Shown here piece by piece: positions 20,582 through 31,601 of a DNA stretch of 64,000 bases. Numbering within the stretch: the first letter of the stretch is position 1; each line of letters starts with the position of its first letter. The stretch lies in contig CAWFAK010000005.1 of assembly GCA_963813715.1 (NCBI GenBank), positions 768,001-832,000 of the forward strand, read 5' to 3'. The notes beneath the pieces are model-generated. The model saw nothing but the letters and a program-made list of their open reading frames with translations. It was not told the origin of the DNA and made no database searches. Origin of the DNA: an uncultured Planctomycetaceae bacterium. GTDB taxonomy: Bacteria; Planctomycetota; Planctomycetia; Planctomycetales; Planctomycetaceae. The translations under genes were made by a program, and so were the position numbers.

Positions 20582-22015
20582 ATGTTTTTTCCGCCTCAAA
20601 TTGGACGCCGCGCCTTTGTGGCCAACGCCGGTCTGAGCCTTGGCTCGATGGCGCTCGGCGCGTTGCTGGGAGCACCCAAGGCCGCAGCCCAAGGCCAAAC
20701 GGTCAAGTCGGCCCGCTGGGCGGGTAGTCTCGCCAATCCGCATTTCGTGCCGAAAGCCAAGCGGATCATCTGGCTCTACATGGCTGGCGGGATGAGTCAT
20801 CTCGACACGTTCGATCACAAGCCGCTCCTGGAAAAGCTCGCCGAACAGCCGATGCCCGCGTCAGTCACGAAGGGGCAACAGATCGCCCAGTTGCAAGGGG
20901 CGAAGCTGCGGGTCTTTCCGCCGCAGCACCGCTTTCGCAAGTGGGGCGATTCGGGACAGTCGATCAGCGTAATCTGGCCCCAGCTGGCCTCGAAGTGCGC
21001 CGACGACATGTGCATCGTCCGCTCGCTGTTCACCGACGCCATCAACCACGACCCGGCTCACACCTTCATGAACACGGGCTCGATGGTCGCCGGCCGGCCG
21101 GCCATGGGCTCGTGGCTCTGGTATGGACTGGGGAACGACGCCCAGTCGCTCCCCGGCTTCGTCGTCATGGTTTCGACGGGCAACTACGGACAAAAGCAGC
21201 CCATCGCCGCCCGGCAGTGGCACTCGGGCTTTTTGCCCAGCCGTTTCCAGGGCGTCGAATTCCACAGCGCGGGCGATCCGGTGCTTTATGTGCGCAGTCC
21301 CGACGGCATCACGGCCGAGCGGCAGCGCGATTTCGTCGACGCGGTCGAGTCGCTCAACACGCTGCGAAACGCCGCCGCGCCCGATCCGGAAATCGCCACG
21401 CGCATCAGCCAGTACGAGATGGCCTTCCAGATGCAGACCAGCATTCCCGAGCTGATGGACGTCCGCAACGAGCCCAAGCACATCCTCGACCTGTACGGCA
21501 CGCAGGGGGGCGACGGCACGTTCGCCGCCAACTGTCTACTGGCCCGCCGCCTGGCCGAGCGGGGCGTTCGCTTCATTCAGCTCTATCATCGCGACTGGGA
21601 CCATCACGGCGTTTTGAAAGAGCACATCAAGGGAACGGCGGCCGAGGTCGATCGGGGGGCGGCCGCCTTGCTCATCGATCTCAAGCAGCGGGGCATGCTC
21701 GACGACACGATCGTCGTCTTCGGCTCCGAGTTCGGCCGCACGCCGATGGCTCAGGGCAGCGGACGCGACCATCACCTGGCCGGCTTCACGATGTGGTTTG
21801 CCGGCGGCGGCTTCAAGCCGGGCTTCGCCTACGGGGCGACCGACGAGTTCGGCTACCACGCCGCCGAAAACCGCACCTCGGTCCACGACATTCACGCCAC
21901 GCTGCTGGCCCAAATGGGCATCGACCACATGCATTTCACGATTAAAAGCCAGGGACTCGACGCGAAGCTGACGGGCGTCGAGCCGTGCCGCGTGGTGAAA
22001 GAAATCTTGAGCTGA
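20582..22015 (+). CDS. DUF1501 family protein (Tat signal)
   Basis: GRRAFVA, KAKRIIWLYMAGGMSHLDTFD, INHDPA, ARRLAERGVRF, WDHH, SEFGRTP, GRDHH. Confidence 0.95.
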   Translation: MFFPPQIGRRAFVANAGLSLGSMALGALLGAPKAAAQGQTVKSARWAGSLANPHFVPKAKRIIWLYMAGGMSHLDTFDHKPLLEKLAEQPMPASVTKGQQIAQLQGAKLRVFPPQHRFRKWGDSGQSISVIWPQLASKCADDMCIVRSLFTDAINHDPAHTFMNTGSMVAGRPAMGSWLWYGLGNDAQSLPGFVVMVSTGNYGQKQPIAARQWHSGFLPSRFQGVEFHSAGDPVLYVRSPDGITAERQRDFVDAVESLNTLRNAAAPDPEIATRISQYEMAFQMQTSIPELMDVRNEPKHILDLYGTQGGDGTFAANCLLARRLAERGVRFIQLYHRDWDHHGVLKEHIKGTAAEVDRGAAALLIDLKQRGMLDDTIVVFGSEFGRTPMAQGSGRDHHLAGFTMWFAGGGFKPGFAYGATDEFGYHAAENRTSVHDIHATLLAQMGIDHMHFTIKSQGLDAKLTGVEPCRVVKEILS

Positions 22016-22029
22016 GGCGTGGGCTCGCT

Positions 22030-23313
22030 GTGTGGTCCCGCATCCTGCGCGGTCTGGAGGGCGATCCCGGTCGAGCCGGACCGGCGGCCTCTCTGCTCGG
22101 TCGCGTGGCCGCGGCCAGCCTGCTCATCCTGATGACGGCCACGTGGCAGCTCTGGTCGGTAACAACCTTCCCACGAGTGCCGCTCGTTGGAGCGTTGCTC
22201 CGGCTGCCTGGCTGGGTCGAATGGACGGCCCTTGCCGCATTCGCTGCGGCGCAGCCGGTTGCGTTGATCTGGGGATTCGACCGCCGCGCCGGGCGGCGAG
22301 GGGTCGCGATCTCCGTGCTGGCGCTGGGAGTGCTCGTGCTCGCCGACCAGCATCGGCTGCAGCCCTGGGTGTATCAGCTCCTTGTGCTCGAGATTGTGCT
22401 GGCCGGGTTGCCCGCGGCTGAGGCCATCGCCGTGGCGCGACTGCTGGTGGCCAGCATCTATTTTTACTCGGCCTTGTCCAAGCTCGACCGGTCGTTTTTC
22501 GAATCGGGCGGCGGCCAGATTGTCGACGGGCTGCTCGAATCGCTGCGACTGACCGGCTCGGTGACTGACGGCAATCGCGCGGTACTGGCCGGCATCGTGG
22601 TGTTGGGCGAATTGCTGGTGGCCCTCGGCCTGTGTTGGCGACGGGCTCGCAGGTACGCCTGGCTTGCGTCGATCGCCTTGCATGCGCTGCTCCTGTTGGC
22701 TTTGGGACCTTTGGGTGCAGGCAACAAGCCGGGCGTCTTGCTGTGGAATCTCTATTTCATTGCACAGAACGTGATTCTCTTCGGCTGGGCGGGCGAATTG
22801 TCTGTCGGCGAGCAGGCAACGGCAACGGCGTCGCAACAGGGTCACGAGGGAATCGCGCGATGGGCGATTCGTGGGTTGGCGCTATTCGTTCTCCTGTTCC
22901 CGCTGACGGAGCCGTTGGGCATTTGCGACGTGTGGCCGGCGTGGGCTGTGTACGCGACCGGTCCGGAACGGGCGCGGGTGTTCGTGGCGGCCGCCGATCG
23001 CGGCAAACTGCCGGAGGCTGCTCGTGACTATCTCCAGCCGCCCCGCTTTGAGGACGACCTTTGCCTGCTACGGATTGATCGCTGGTCGCTCGATGCGAGC
23101 GGCTCTCCGCTTTATCCGCAGAATCGCTTTCGGCTCGGCGTGGCGCTGGCGATCGACGCAACGGCCGCGATCGGCGACGGCCTCGTGGTGGAACTGGACG
23201 GGCCGGCCGACCGATTCACAGGAAAGCGGACTTCGCGGAGACTCCAGGGCCGGGTCGCCATCGCTGTTGAATTGGAACGCGATTGGCTCAACGGGTTTCC
23301 CCGCGAACACTAA
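22030..23313 (+). CDS. Multi-pass membrane protein (HTTM / DoxX-like)
   Basis: Many hydrophobic segments; DQHRLQPWVYQ, SIYFYSALSKLD; soluble C-terminal domain. Confidence 0.6.
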   Translation: MWSRILRGLEGDPGRAGPAASLLGRVAAASLLILMTATWQLWSVTTFPRVPLVGALLRLPGWVEWTALAAFAAAQPVALIWGFDRRAGRRGVAISVLALGVLVLADQHRLQPWVYQLLVLEIVLAGLPAAEAIAVARLLVASIYFYSALSKLDRSFFESGGGQIVDGLLESLRLTGSVTDGNRAVLAGIVVLGELLVALGLCWRRARRYAWLASIALHALLLLALGPLGAGNKPGVLLWNLYFIAQNVILFGWAGELSVGEQATATASQQGHEGIARWAIRGLALFVLLFPLTEPLGICDVWPAWAVYATGPERARVFVAAADRGKLPEAARDYLQPPRFEDDLCLLRIDRWSLDASGSPLYPQNRFRLGVALAIDATAAIGDGLVVELDGPADRFTGKRTSRRLQGRVAIAVELERDWLNGFPREH

Positions 23314-23450
23314 GAGTGATTCATTCACAAGCCAGGGTCTCGGTGCAGCGAGGCCATTCTCGGCAGCCAAGCGGGCTGTTAAATTTGAACTGTGGCCGTT
23401 GCCGCCAGCGCGCGTGACCCAGTTTCAGCCGTTTCGAGTCAGGTGCACCG

Positions 23451-24866
23451 ATGAAAATGTTCTGTGCGGGTGAGTGGGTCGATCGGCCGGAAAAAATCGA
23501 CGTGACGAATCCGTACGATGGTTCGGTCGTCGATACCGTGCCCAAGGCGACGGCTGCCGACGTCGATCGCGCCGTCGCGACGCTGGTCCACGGCGCTCAG
23601 AAGATGCGGGCCATGTCCGCCTACGATCGCTCGCTGCTCTTGCGTCGCGCGGCCGAAATCATGAAACGCCGTGAGGACGAACTGGCTCGCACGATCAGTC
23701 GCGAAGAGGGAAAAGTCCTCGCCGAGGGGCGTCTCGAAGCCAGTCGCTCCCGCGAAACGATCGAAGTCTCGGCGGAAGAGGCGCGGCGGATTGTCGGCGA
23801 AATGGTGCCGTTGGACGCAGCTCCTGGTGCGGCCGGGCGAATCGGCTTCACGCTCCGCGTACCCTGCGGCATCGTCGCGGCGATAACACCCTTCAATTTT
23901 CCGCTCAACCTCGTGTGCCACAAGGTCGGTCCGGCATTGGCGGCCGGCAACGCCGTGATCATCAAGCCGGCTAGCGACACGCCGCTCTCGGCCCTCAAGC
24001 TTGTGGAGATTCTGCTCGAAGCCGGCACTCCTCCCGAGGCGATCGCCTGCCTGACTGGCGGAGGGGCTGCCATCGGCGACGCGCTCTCCACCGATCCTCG
24101 CATTCGCAAGATCAGCTTTACTGGCAGTTACGAGGTCGGCGAACACATCTGCAAGATGGCCGGCGTCAAACGCGTCACAATGGAGTTGGGCAGCAACAGT
24201 CCGGTGATCATCATGGACGACGCTGACCTCGAGCGCGCCGCCGAGGCCATTACTTCGGCCGGCTTTGCCAACGCCGGACAGGTCTGCATCTCGGCCCAGC
24301 GGATTCTCACCGCGAAGAAAATCGGCCCGGAGTTTCTGGACATCCTGAAGCCCAAGGTCGAAGCGATCAAAGTCGGCGATCCGCTGGCCGAGGGAGTCAA
24401 GATGGGGCCGCTTGTTCGCGAAGCCGATGCGGCCCGCGTGCAATCGTGGATCGAAGAAGCGGTCGCCGGCGGCGCCAAACTCGTCACGGGCGGTGGCCGC
24501 AAGGGGGCGCTGCACGAACCGACCATTCTGGATGACGTCGATCCGGAGATGAAGGTCAGCCGCGATGAACTCTTTGGACCGGCCGTCGCGCTTACTCCGT
24601 TTCGCGATATTGACGAAGCGATTCGCCTGGCCAACGACACGCGTTACGGCTTGTCGGCGGCCATTTTCACCCGCGATCTCGATCGGGCGATGAAGTTCGC
24701 CCGTGAGGTCGACAGCGGCAACCTGCACGTCAACTGGTCGAGCCAATGGCGGGCCGACCTGATGCCTTACGGCGGCGTGAAAGACAGCGGCTTGGGCAAG
24801 GAGGGTCCGAAATACGCCATCCGGGAGATGACCGAGGAAAAGATGGTCGTCCTGCACCTCAAATGA
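23451..24866 (+). CDS. Aldehyde dehydrogenase
   Basis: ITPFNFP, KPAS, SFTGS, MELGSN, NAGQVC, ELFGP, PYGGVKDSG. Confidence 0.95.
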   Translation: MKMFCAGEWVDRPEKIDVTNPYDGSVVDTVPKATAADVDRAVATLVHGAQKMRAMSAYDRSLLLRRAAEIMKRREDELARTISREEGKVLAEGRLEASRSRETIEVSAEEARRIVGEMVPLDAAPGAAGRIGFTLRVPCGIVAAITPFNFPLNLVCHKVGPALAAGNAVIIKPASDTPLSALKLVEILLEAGTPPEAIACLTGGGAAIGDALSTDPRIRKISFTGSYEVGEHICKMAGVKRVTMELGSNSPVIIMDDADLERAAEAITSAGFANAGQVCISAQRILTAKKIGPEFLDILKPKVEAIKVGDPLAEGVKMGPLVREADAARVQSWIEEAVAGGAKLVTGGGRKGALHEPTILDDVDPEMKVSRDELFGPAVALTPFRDIDEAIRLANDTRYGLSAAIFTRDLDRAMKFAREVDSGNLHVNWSSQWRADLMPYGGVKDSGLGKEGPKYAIREMTEEKMVVLHLK

Positions 24867-24914
24867 CGGCCCGGTTTTCACCCACGCCCACGCGTCGCAC
24901 CGTTTCCATCCGCT

Positions 24915-25991
24915 TTGTCGCGATTCGTCGAAGAGATTGACGTGGAGTTCCCCTTCCCGCCTTTGGTCCCCGTGCCGGTCAGCACGGCACTCCTCGTCAT
25001 CCCGGCGATCGCCATTTTCTTTGTGTGGCTGACGCGGCTGGCCTTCCCCCCGTCGAAATCGGCCATTCTGCGGATCTGCTCGCTCGTGGCGGTCGCCGTT
25101 TCGATCTTTGTCTGCGTGATCGCCCTCTCCGATGCGGCGTTGGAGGCGTCCGATGGCAGCCACTACCCAACCGCCCTGCTCGTCGCCTGGATTGTCATCG
25201 TCATCGCGGCGATCGGTGCTGCGGCCGTCAAATTTCGACGATTCGACGACCGGCCGTTGCGGCTGACGGTGATTGTCGTCGGGCTGGCGGCCTTCCTGCT
25301 CGCCTTTCTCGGTTCGCAAACCGCCACGGGCCGATCGGCCGCGCTACTGGCGCGCTGCAAAAAACACGTGCAGGGGATCGGCGACGCCTTTCGCGACGTC
25401 GGCAAGACCCGCGGTCAATATCCCGACGCCGTCGAACAGCTTCCCAACCGTCCGCCGCAAAGCTGGCGAGTGAACTTGTTGGCGATCATTTCGCGACGCG
25501 GATCGATGGGCTACGACTTCAACCAGTCCTGGGACTCCGCCGCCAATCTGCCGCTCGCCCAAACCGAAATCGAAAGCTATTCCTGCCCGGCGGTGGGAAT
25601 CCAGCGCGACGAGCAGAATCGGTGGCTCTCGCCGCTTGCCCTGGTGACCGGCCCAGGAACGATCTTTCCCAACGGCAAATCACTGCCGATCAAGGACGTG
25701 ACGGACGGCCTCACCAACACGCTGCTGGCCGTCGAGGCGATCGGGCTGGGAATTGTCTGGAGCGAGCCGCGCGACTTCGACGTCTCAAAGGGAAAGATCG
25801 GCTTCGATATGCCCGGCTCGGCTCCCGGTCGGTCGCCCGCGTTGTTGTCGTCCTACCATCCGCACTGCGCCAACGCCGTGATGGGGGACGGCAGCGTCGT
25901 GCTGCTGAGCGACAAGATCGACCCCCAGGTGCTCAAGGCGCTGACGACGGCGGCCGGCCACGACTCGATCGAAGGCTTCCGCGGCAACTAG
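24915..25991 (+). CDS. DUF1559 domain protein with an N-terminal multi-TM anchor
   Basis: SWRVNLL, YDFNQSWDSAAN, DVTDGLTNT, WSEPRD, H-X9-DG motif HPHCANAVMGDGSV. Confidence 0.85.
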   Translation: MSRFVEEIDVEFPFPPLVPVPVSTALLVIPAIAIFFVWLTRLAFPPSKSAILRICSLVAVAVSIFVCVIALSDAALEASDGSHYPTALLVAWIVIVIAAIGAAAVKFRRFDDRPLRLTVIVVGLAAFLLAFLGSQTATGRSAALLARCKKHVQGIGDAFRDVGKTRGQYPDAVEQLPNRPPQSWRVNLLAIISRRGSMGYDFNQSWDSAANLPLAQTEIESYSCPAVGIQRDEQNRWLSPLALVTGPGTIFPNGKSLPIKDVTDGLTNTLLAVEAIGLGIVWSEPRDFDVSKGKIGFDMPGSAPGRSPALLSSYHPHCANAVMGDGSVVLLSDKIDPQVLKALTTAAGHDSIEGFRGN

Positions 25992-26713
25992 CCCGGGGCG
26001 GCTGCCGCTGACAACGGCATCGGTCCGCGAAATTCGCCGGTCTGGCGGGCCTGGTACACGAGGTCGCTGCCGACGTCGAGCGCCGTGAGATACATGCCCC
26101 CGTAGGCGAACGTATCGATGCAGACCCAACGATTGCCGACCCAGACTTCGCCGGTCTTTTGCGCCGTATGACCGCAAACGACGCGTTGTCCGCTCGGCAG
26201 CGGCGATTCTTGCCGCGTGAGCTTGGCCCAGCGGAGCCATTCGGGAGTTTGCTCGATGAGCGGACGGCCCGGCTCGAGGTTGGCGTGAACGAAGACCGTC
26301 GACGGGGTCTCGAAGTAGTCGAGGCCCGAGCGCAAGAACGTGAGGTGCTCCGGCGGAATTTCGCCGGTGTCTTCGGCATGCTCGCCGTACGACATCAGCG
26401 TCTCGAGGCCGCCAAAGCCGAGCCAGGGATCCTGCAGCTCCTCGATAGCCAGCGAATCGAGAAGCATTTCCTCGTGATTGCCGAGCAGAAAGGCGAGCCG
26501 ACAGCGCTGTTTCAAGTCGATCAGGCGGTCGATCACCTGCCGGGTACCCGGACCGCGATCGATCACGTCGCCCAGCACCACGACGGTGTCGCTCGACGTG
26601 ATCGCCAAGTGAGTCAGCAGCGTCTCGAAGGCGACGTGGCAGCCGTGAATATCGCCAATCGCCAACAGCCGCCCCTCGGACGGGCGGGCGACGGAATCCT
26701 CCGCTGCCATCAA
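25988..26713 (-). CDS. Metallophosphoesterase (PPP / PphA-like)
   Basis: GDIHG, GDVIDRG, GNHE, VHA, GHT. Confidence 0.92.
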   Translation of the reverse strand: MMAAEDSVARPSEGRLLAIGDIHGCHVAFETLLTHLAITSSDTVVVLGDVIDRGPGTRQVIDRLIDLKQRCRLAFLLGNHEEMLLDSLAIEELQDPWLGFGGLETLMSYGEHAEDTGEIPPEHLTFLRSGLDYFETPSTVFVHANLEPGRPLIEQTPEWLRWAKLTRQESPLPSGQRVVCGHTAQKTGEVWVGNRWVCIDTFAYGGMYLTALDVGSDLVYQARQTGEFRGPMPLSAAAAPG

Positions 26714-26736
26714 CGGGCCCTTTAGAACTTCCGCCC

Positions 26737-27951
26737 TTAGAACTTTCGGGGTGTGATCCGCCCCTGCACGCGACCGGGCAGGCCGACGATCCGCAGAAAT
26801 CCCTCGGCGTCTGACTGGTTGTACGAGCCGCCGGCCTCCATGCTGGCGACCGCCTCATCGTAGAGGCTCACGGGGCTCTTGCGGCCGGCGAGCGTGATGT
26901 TGCCCTTGTAGAGGTCGAGGGTCGCCTCGCCCGTGACGGTCTTCTGTGCCTGGCGGATGAAGGCCATGAGGGCGTCCATCTTCGCGCCGTACCAGAAGCC
27001 GTAGTAGACCATCTCGGCCACTTCGGGGGACAGGCGATCGCGGAGGTGCATGAGGTCGCGGTCCATGGTCAGCTGCTCGACGGCCCGGTGGGCGTCGTAG
27101 AGCAGCGTCATGCCCGGCGCCTCGTACACGCCGCGACTCTTCATGCCCACGAACCGGTTCTCGACGACATCGATCCGTCCCACGCCGTTGCGGCCGCCGA
27201 TCTGGTTGAGCTCGGTCACCATCTCGAACGGCGAGCGCTTGCGGCCGTTGAGCGACACGGGGACGCCCGTCTCGAAGCCGATGCTGACCGTTTCGACCGC
27301 GTCGGGGGCTTTTTTCGGCGAGACGGTCATGCCGAACTCGACAATCTCGCAGCCGTTGACGTTGGGGTCTTCGAGTTTGCCCGCCTCGTAGCTGATGTGC
27401 AAGCAGTTCTCGTCGGAGCTATAGGGTTTGGAAACGGTGGCTTTGACGGGGATTTTCTTCGCGTTGCAGTAGGCGATCATTTCCGCCCGCCCGGGGAAGT
27501 TCTGGCGGAACTTTTCGATCCGCCACGGGGCGATGATTTTCACCGCCGGGTCGAGGGCCTCGGCCGCGAGTTGGAAGCGGCACTGGTCGTTGCCTTTGCC
27601 GGTGGCGCCGTGGGCGTAAGCGTCGGCCCCGACGTCGCGGGCCGCCTGCAGGCAGGCCTTGGCAATTAGCGGCCGGGCGATCGACGTGCCCAGCAGGTAG
27701 ACGGCCTCGTACTTGGCTTGCCACTGCAACACGGGGAAGGCGAAATCGCGGCAGAGTTCCTCGCGAGCGTCGATGATGCGGGCCGAGGCGGCGCCGGTGT
27801 CGCGGGCCTTTTTCAGAATGGCCTCGCGATCTTCACAGGGCTGGCCCAGGTCGACGTAGACGCAATGGACCTGGTAGCCCTCGTCCATCAGCCAGCCCAG
27901 AATGACAGACGTATCGAGTCCGCCGGAGTACGCCAGAACGCAGCTTGCCAT
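26737..27951 (-). CDS. argG: Argininosuccinate synthase
   Basis: LAYSGGLDTS, GTSIARP, HGATGKGNDQ, ENRFVGMKSRGVYEAPG. Confidence 0.97.
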   Translation of the reverse strand: MASCVLAYSGGLDTSVILGWLMDEGYQVHCVYVDLGQPCEDREAILKKARDTGAASARIIDAREELCRDFAFPVLQWQAKYEAVYLLGTSIARPLIAKACLQAARDVGADAYAHGATGKGNDQCRFQLAAEALDPAVKIIAPWRIEKFRQNFPGRAEMIAYCNAKKIPVKATVSKPYSSDENCLHISYEAGKLEDPNVNGCEIVEFGMTVSPKKAPDAVETVSIGFETGVPVSLNGRKRSPFEMVTELNQIGGRNGVGRIDVVENRFVGMKSRGVYEAPGMTLLYDAHRAVEQLTMDRDLMHLRDRLSPEVAEMVYYGFWYGAKMDALMAFIRQAQKTVTGEATLDLYKGNITLAGRKSPVSLYDEAVASMEAGGSYNQSDAEGFLRIVGLPGRVQGRITPRKF

Positions 27952-28131
27952 GCTTCAAAATCCTCGATCCAGCCGTTCCTTTTGAACCGCGAGCTGCACA
28001 ACAACGACGCAGCGCAGCGACGCAAGAGCAACGACACCAAGTGCGACCGCCGGTTCAGGGACGAACGGCGACCGTTCCGGATTATCCCGACCGCGTTGGC
28101 GCTTCACCAGTCCGTGACGCGGAGCGGACGA

Positions 28132-29271
28132 CTAGGAAATAAGGACGAGCGGCGGGACGCAACTCAGACGGCGGGAGGCGCTGTCGAGTTCTTTCACGCC
28201 GAAGGCTCGCGCGAGCGCGTTGTACCGTGAGAGCGTGAAGTTTTTGCTCACCGACGCGTTCGGCACGATGCCGTCGAATCCATGATAGGCGCCGGCAACG
28301 ACCACGAGATCGGTGCGCACACCGGCGTCCACCAGCCGCCTGGCGTATTCGATGTCCTCATCCACGAACAGATCGATCGATCCGGTCCCGATCCACGCGG
28401 GTGGGAGCCCGGCCAGGTGATCCAATCGAGCTGGGACGGCACCGGCCGGAGCGCGAGGGCCGCCGGGCTCGGTCCCGAGGAATGCCTTCCAGCCGTGCCG
28501 GTTGAGTTCGGCCGTCCAAATGAACGTACCGATGTGGGCCGGGGGCTGCCGCGAACTGCCCGTGCGGTCATCCAACATCGGATAAACGAGCGATTGGAAA
28601 AGAACGGGGACTTCGCCCCGGTGGCGGGCCGCGATGGCCAGGATGGCCGCGTGTCCGCCTCCAGCGCTTTCACCCGCCAACGCGATCCGCGCGGGATCGA
28701 CGCCGAGCGATTCCGCTTGCGAATGCAGCCACTTGAGCGCCGCGTAGTTATCTTCCAGCGAGCCGGGGAAAGGAGTCTCCGGTGCCAGCCGGTATTCCAC
28801 GGTGACAATGACGCAGTCCAGAGCCTGGGCCATCAATTGCAGCCTGGGGACGTCGTTCGCTGCCGTGCCGAGCAGAAAACCGCCGCCATGAGTATGCAGC
28901 ACGGCAGGCCGACGTTCCCCGGGCTTGGCATTAATGACGAACACCTTCACGTCAGGCGATCCCTGATGGGCAGGCACCATCCGCTCGGCGACCGACGGCG
29001 TGGGAAACCGTCGGAGTGTCGAAAATGGCATCTTGCGAAATGCGGCGAGTTGAGCCGGCGAAATCTCCTTCGGCAACTTGAACGCCGGCATCCCTTTCAG
29101 CGGGGCGCGCAGCTCCGGAGCCACCAATTGCATCGGATCGATCGCCCGGCCGACTGCCTTTTGTTGGTCATCGCCGGCAGTGATAGACGCCCCCAACATG
29201 GCGATTGCGGCCGCCCCGGGCGCCGAGAGTACAAAATCTCGACGAGAAATTGCGGATCGATCGTTAATCAT
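28132..29271 (-). CDS. HSL-family (Abhydrolase_3) esterase with Tat signal
   Basis: SRRDFV, HGGG, YRLAPE, GESAGG, DLFVDE, GAYHGF. Confidence 0.92.
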   Translation of the reverse strand: MINDRSAISRRDFVLSAPGAAAIAMLGASITAGDDQQKAVGRAIDPMQLVAPELRAPLKGMPAFKLPKEISPAQLAAFRKMPFSTLRRFPTPSVAERMVPAHQGSPDVKVFVINAKPGERRPAVLHTHGGGFLLGTAANDVPRLQLMAQALDCVIVTVEYRLAPETPFPGSLEDNYAALKWLHSQAESLGVDPARIALAGESAGGGHAAILAIAARHRGEVPVLFQSLVYPMLDDRTGSSRQPPAHIGTFIWTAELNRHGWKAFLGTEPGGPRAPAGAVPARLDHLAGLPPAWIGTGSIDLFVDEDIEYARRLVDAGVRTDLVVVAGAYHGFDGIVPNASVSKNFTLSRYNALARAFGVKELDSASRRLSCVPPLVLIS

Positions 29272-29413
29272 GAGTCACTCTTCGTGGTCCAGGAGAGCCC
29301 CGCCGCATAGGCTAACGCGTGCTCTGACTTGCGGACAACTGACTCCGCAGTGTCATGCTCGCAACTCCGCATCGAGGTCCGCGGGCGGGCGAGGGCGGCC
29401 AGTGGGCGCGAAC

Positions 29414-29821
29414 TCAGATCGTGGCGATGATCTCGACCAGCATGCGGTTGGGCAGCAGCAGGAAGCACACCTGCCGGCCTCCAAAGGCCACGGCCGGCTT
29501 GGGATGCGAGACAAGCACGGCCCCTTTGTCGATCAGTGTTCGCACCGCGGCCCGCAGGTTGTGCGAGAGAAAAGCCTGGTGGTACATCTGGATGCCCCGC
29601 GACAGGAACGTACAGACGGGCGATTCCGGCCGCAGCGGCTCGATCAGCTCGATCTGCATCGAGCCAGCTTTCATGAACAAGCCGCGGATGACCTGCCGCG
29701 AATCCTCGAAAATCTCCCCTTCCCGCCGAAAGCCGATCAGCTCGTACTGCGGGATCTCGTTTTCGATCCGCTCGCAGGCGATTCCAACGTGGTGAAAGAC
29801 CAAATCGTCTAGCGGTGTCAT
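29414..29821 (-). CDS. VOC family protein (methylmalonyl-CoA epimerase-like)
   Basis: FHHVGIAC, IELIEP, MYHQAF, PAVAFGGRQVCF, LVEII. Start overlaps the FkbH stop (ATGA). Confidence 0.85.
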   Translation of the reverse strand: MTPLDDLVFHHVGIACERIENEIPQYELIGFRREGEIFEDSRQVIRGLFMKAGSMQIELIEPLRPESPVCTFLSRGIQMYHQAFLSHNLRAAVRTLIDKGAVLVSHPKPAVAFGGRQVCFLLLPNRMLVEIIATI

Positions 29822-31601
29822 GCGGGCGGCATCCGATCGTGAAGTTGGAACCAGGAAAAAATTTCGGCGGCGGAATCGGTCCGAATGGCCCACTCGCCCG
29901 GTGCGGACCCGGCCAGAAAGCCGGCTTCCGCGAAGACGCCACGAACGGGCGTATTTCGCGGGGTTTCGATCACGGTGCCTCGCAAGGTCGTCCAGCCCCG
30001 GGTGGCGGCCCGCCGGATGGCCCATTTGAGCACGGCCGTCTCCAAGCCGCGGCCCAGCACGCGGCAGGAGAGCAAATAACAGTCCACAGTGCCCTGCCCT
30101 GGGTCGCTGTCCCCTCCGTCGTCCCGCGGTCGGTTGGACGTTTCGGCTCGCAGGATCAGGAGGCCGATATTCTCGAATTGCAAATGACGATCTTCGAGAC
30201 CGACGACGACCACGTCGCCTCCCTCCGCCACAATCTGTTGCAGGCTCCGCTGATCATAGCGGCGGGTGGTGGTGTTGAATTGATTTGTCTTTTGCGAAAG
30301 CTGGACGGCCCGGGCGATGTTCGAATCATCCAAGGGCTGCAAGAAGAGCTGCATACCCAGCCCGGCGTAGAATTCGTCGAGGCTGTTGGCCCCCGTCCGT
30401 TCTTCCTGAGTTTTTCGCAGGGCTTGGTAGCTGCGAATGCGCCCCGCATCTTCGGCGGTCAGGCCGACCGATTGCAACCAGGGACAGTCGGCCAGCGTCT
30501 CCGCAAAGAAGGCCGGGCTGGCCGGCAGATCGAGAATCTTGACCTCGGGCAGCTTGACCCGAATCTGCTCGCGCTCAATCGGATTGTCGTCCACGAAGAG
30601 CAGCGACTCGAGCCCCAGGTTGAGCTCTTGGGCAATCTCGCGAAGGTTGTCCGACTTGGCTCCGCCAGTCGATCCGCAGGGCGACGAGATCGGCCGAACG
30701 GATCAGCATCGACGAATGTGTATCGAGCGCCTGCAGCGCCAAGTCGCGATCGTTGCGGCTGCAGACGGCCAGCCCGATGCCCCGCGCCGGTAACATCTTG
30801 AGTGCCCGCTGAAAGGTGGTGAAGGCGTTTCCCGGATAGTCGCCCCCAATGCGGATGCCGGCCAGGCCGTCCTCGCCCAGAACGCCGCCCCACAACGTGT
30901 TGTCCAAGTCGAGCACGACGACTCGCGCCTCTTGCCGAGTAACGCCAGCGTCAGGCCGATCCAACGGCGGGCCAGTCGCTGCGAAAAGCCCTCGGAGAAG
31001 GGCAAACGTCCCAAGTGCCAGAGCATCGAGTCACAAGCGGCCACCGGGACGGCCGCCGCTTCCGCGGCCACGTCGACCCACAGCACTTGCGAGAGGCCGG
31101 CGAGGCGCTCGGCGAGCAGGCCATTCATCTCGTCGAGGAGTTTGAGCCCGGCTTGGACGTCCGCGTCGGTCGAGGGGTCGAGTCGCACAAATCGATGGAC
31201 GATCGCCCAGCCCTGGTTGGCGGACTGAAAGCCGGCAACGAGGTCGGCATATTCGCGGACGGCCACTTCGATCGATCCGGCGGGCACCCCGTCCAACCGG
31301 GCCTGCCCAACAGATCTTCCAGGCGATCGCAAAAGATGGCCACGTCGGGCCGCGAGCGACGCAGCGACGAGTTCGGATCGACCAGTTGTTGCCTCAACTG
31401 GCCGTAAGGCACCTCGGACGTTTCCACTCGGCGATCGGGCAGAAACTCGGCCGCTTGTGACGCGAACGCAGCGCGGAGCACGCGGACGTTAGCGCTCCCC
31501 AGGACGGCGACGCGCAGAGGCAGGCCTCCAGCCGAATCTGGCGGCGACTCCCCCTGCTCCGCCGGCCGCGGGCCGGAGGATCCATGTTCGGCTGCGCTCA
31601 C
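29818..31601 (-). CDS. FkbH-like HAD-IIIC glyceryl-ACP synthase / transferase; frameshifts ~31305, ~30930, ~30660
   Basis: VLDLDNTLWGGVLGEDG, AVCSRN, KSDNLREIAQELNLGLESLLFVDDNPIERE, KTNQFNTTTRRY, LLSCRVLGRGLE. Confidence 0.9.

Noticed and set aside
18226..25319. Long antisense ORFs (e.g. 18226..20208, 23439..25319; also 54767..56305)
   Set aside because: Shadow ORFs of high-GC coding strands with no recognisable motifs.
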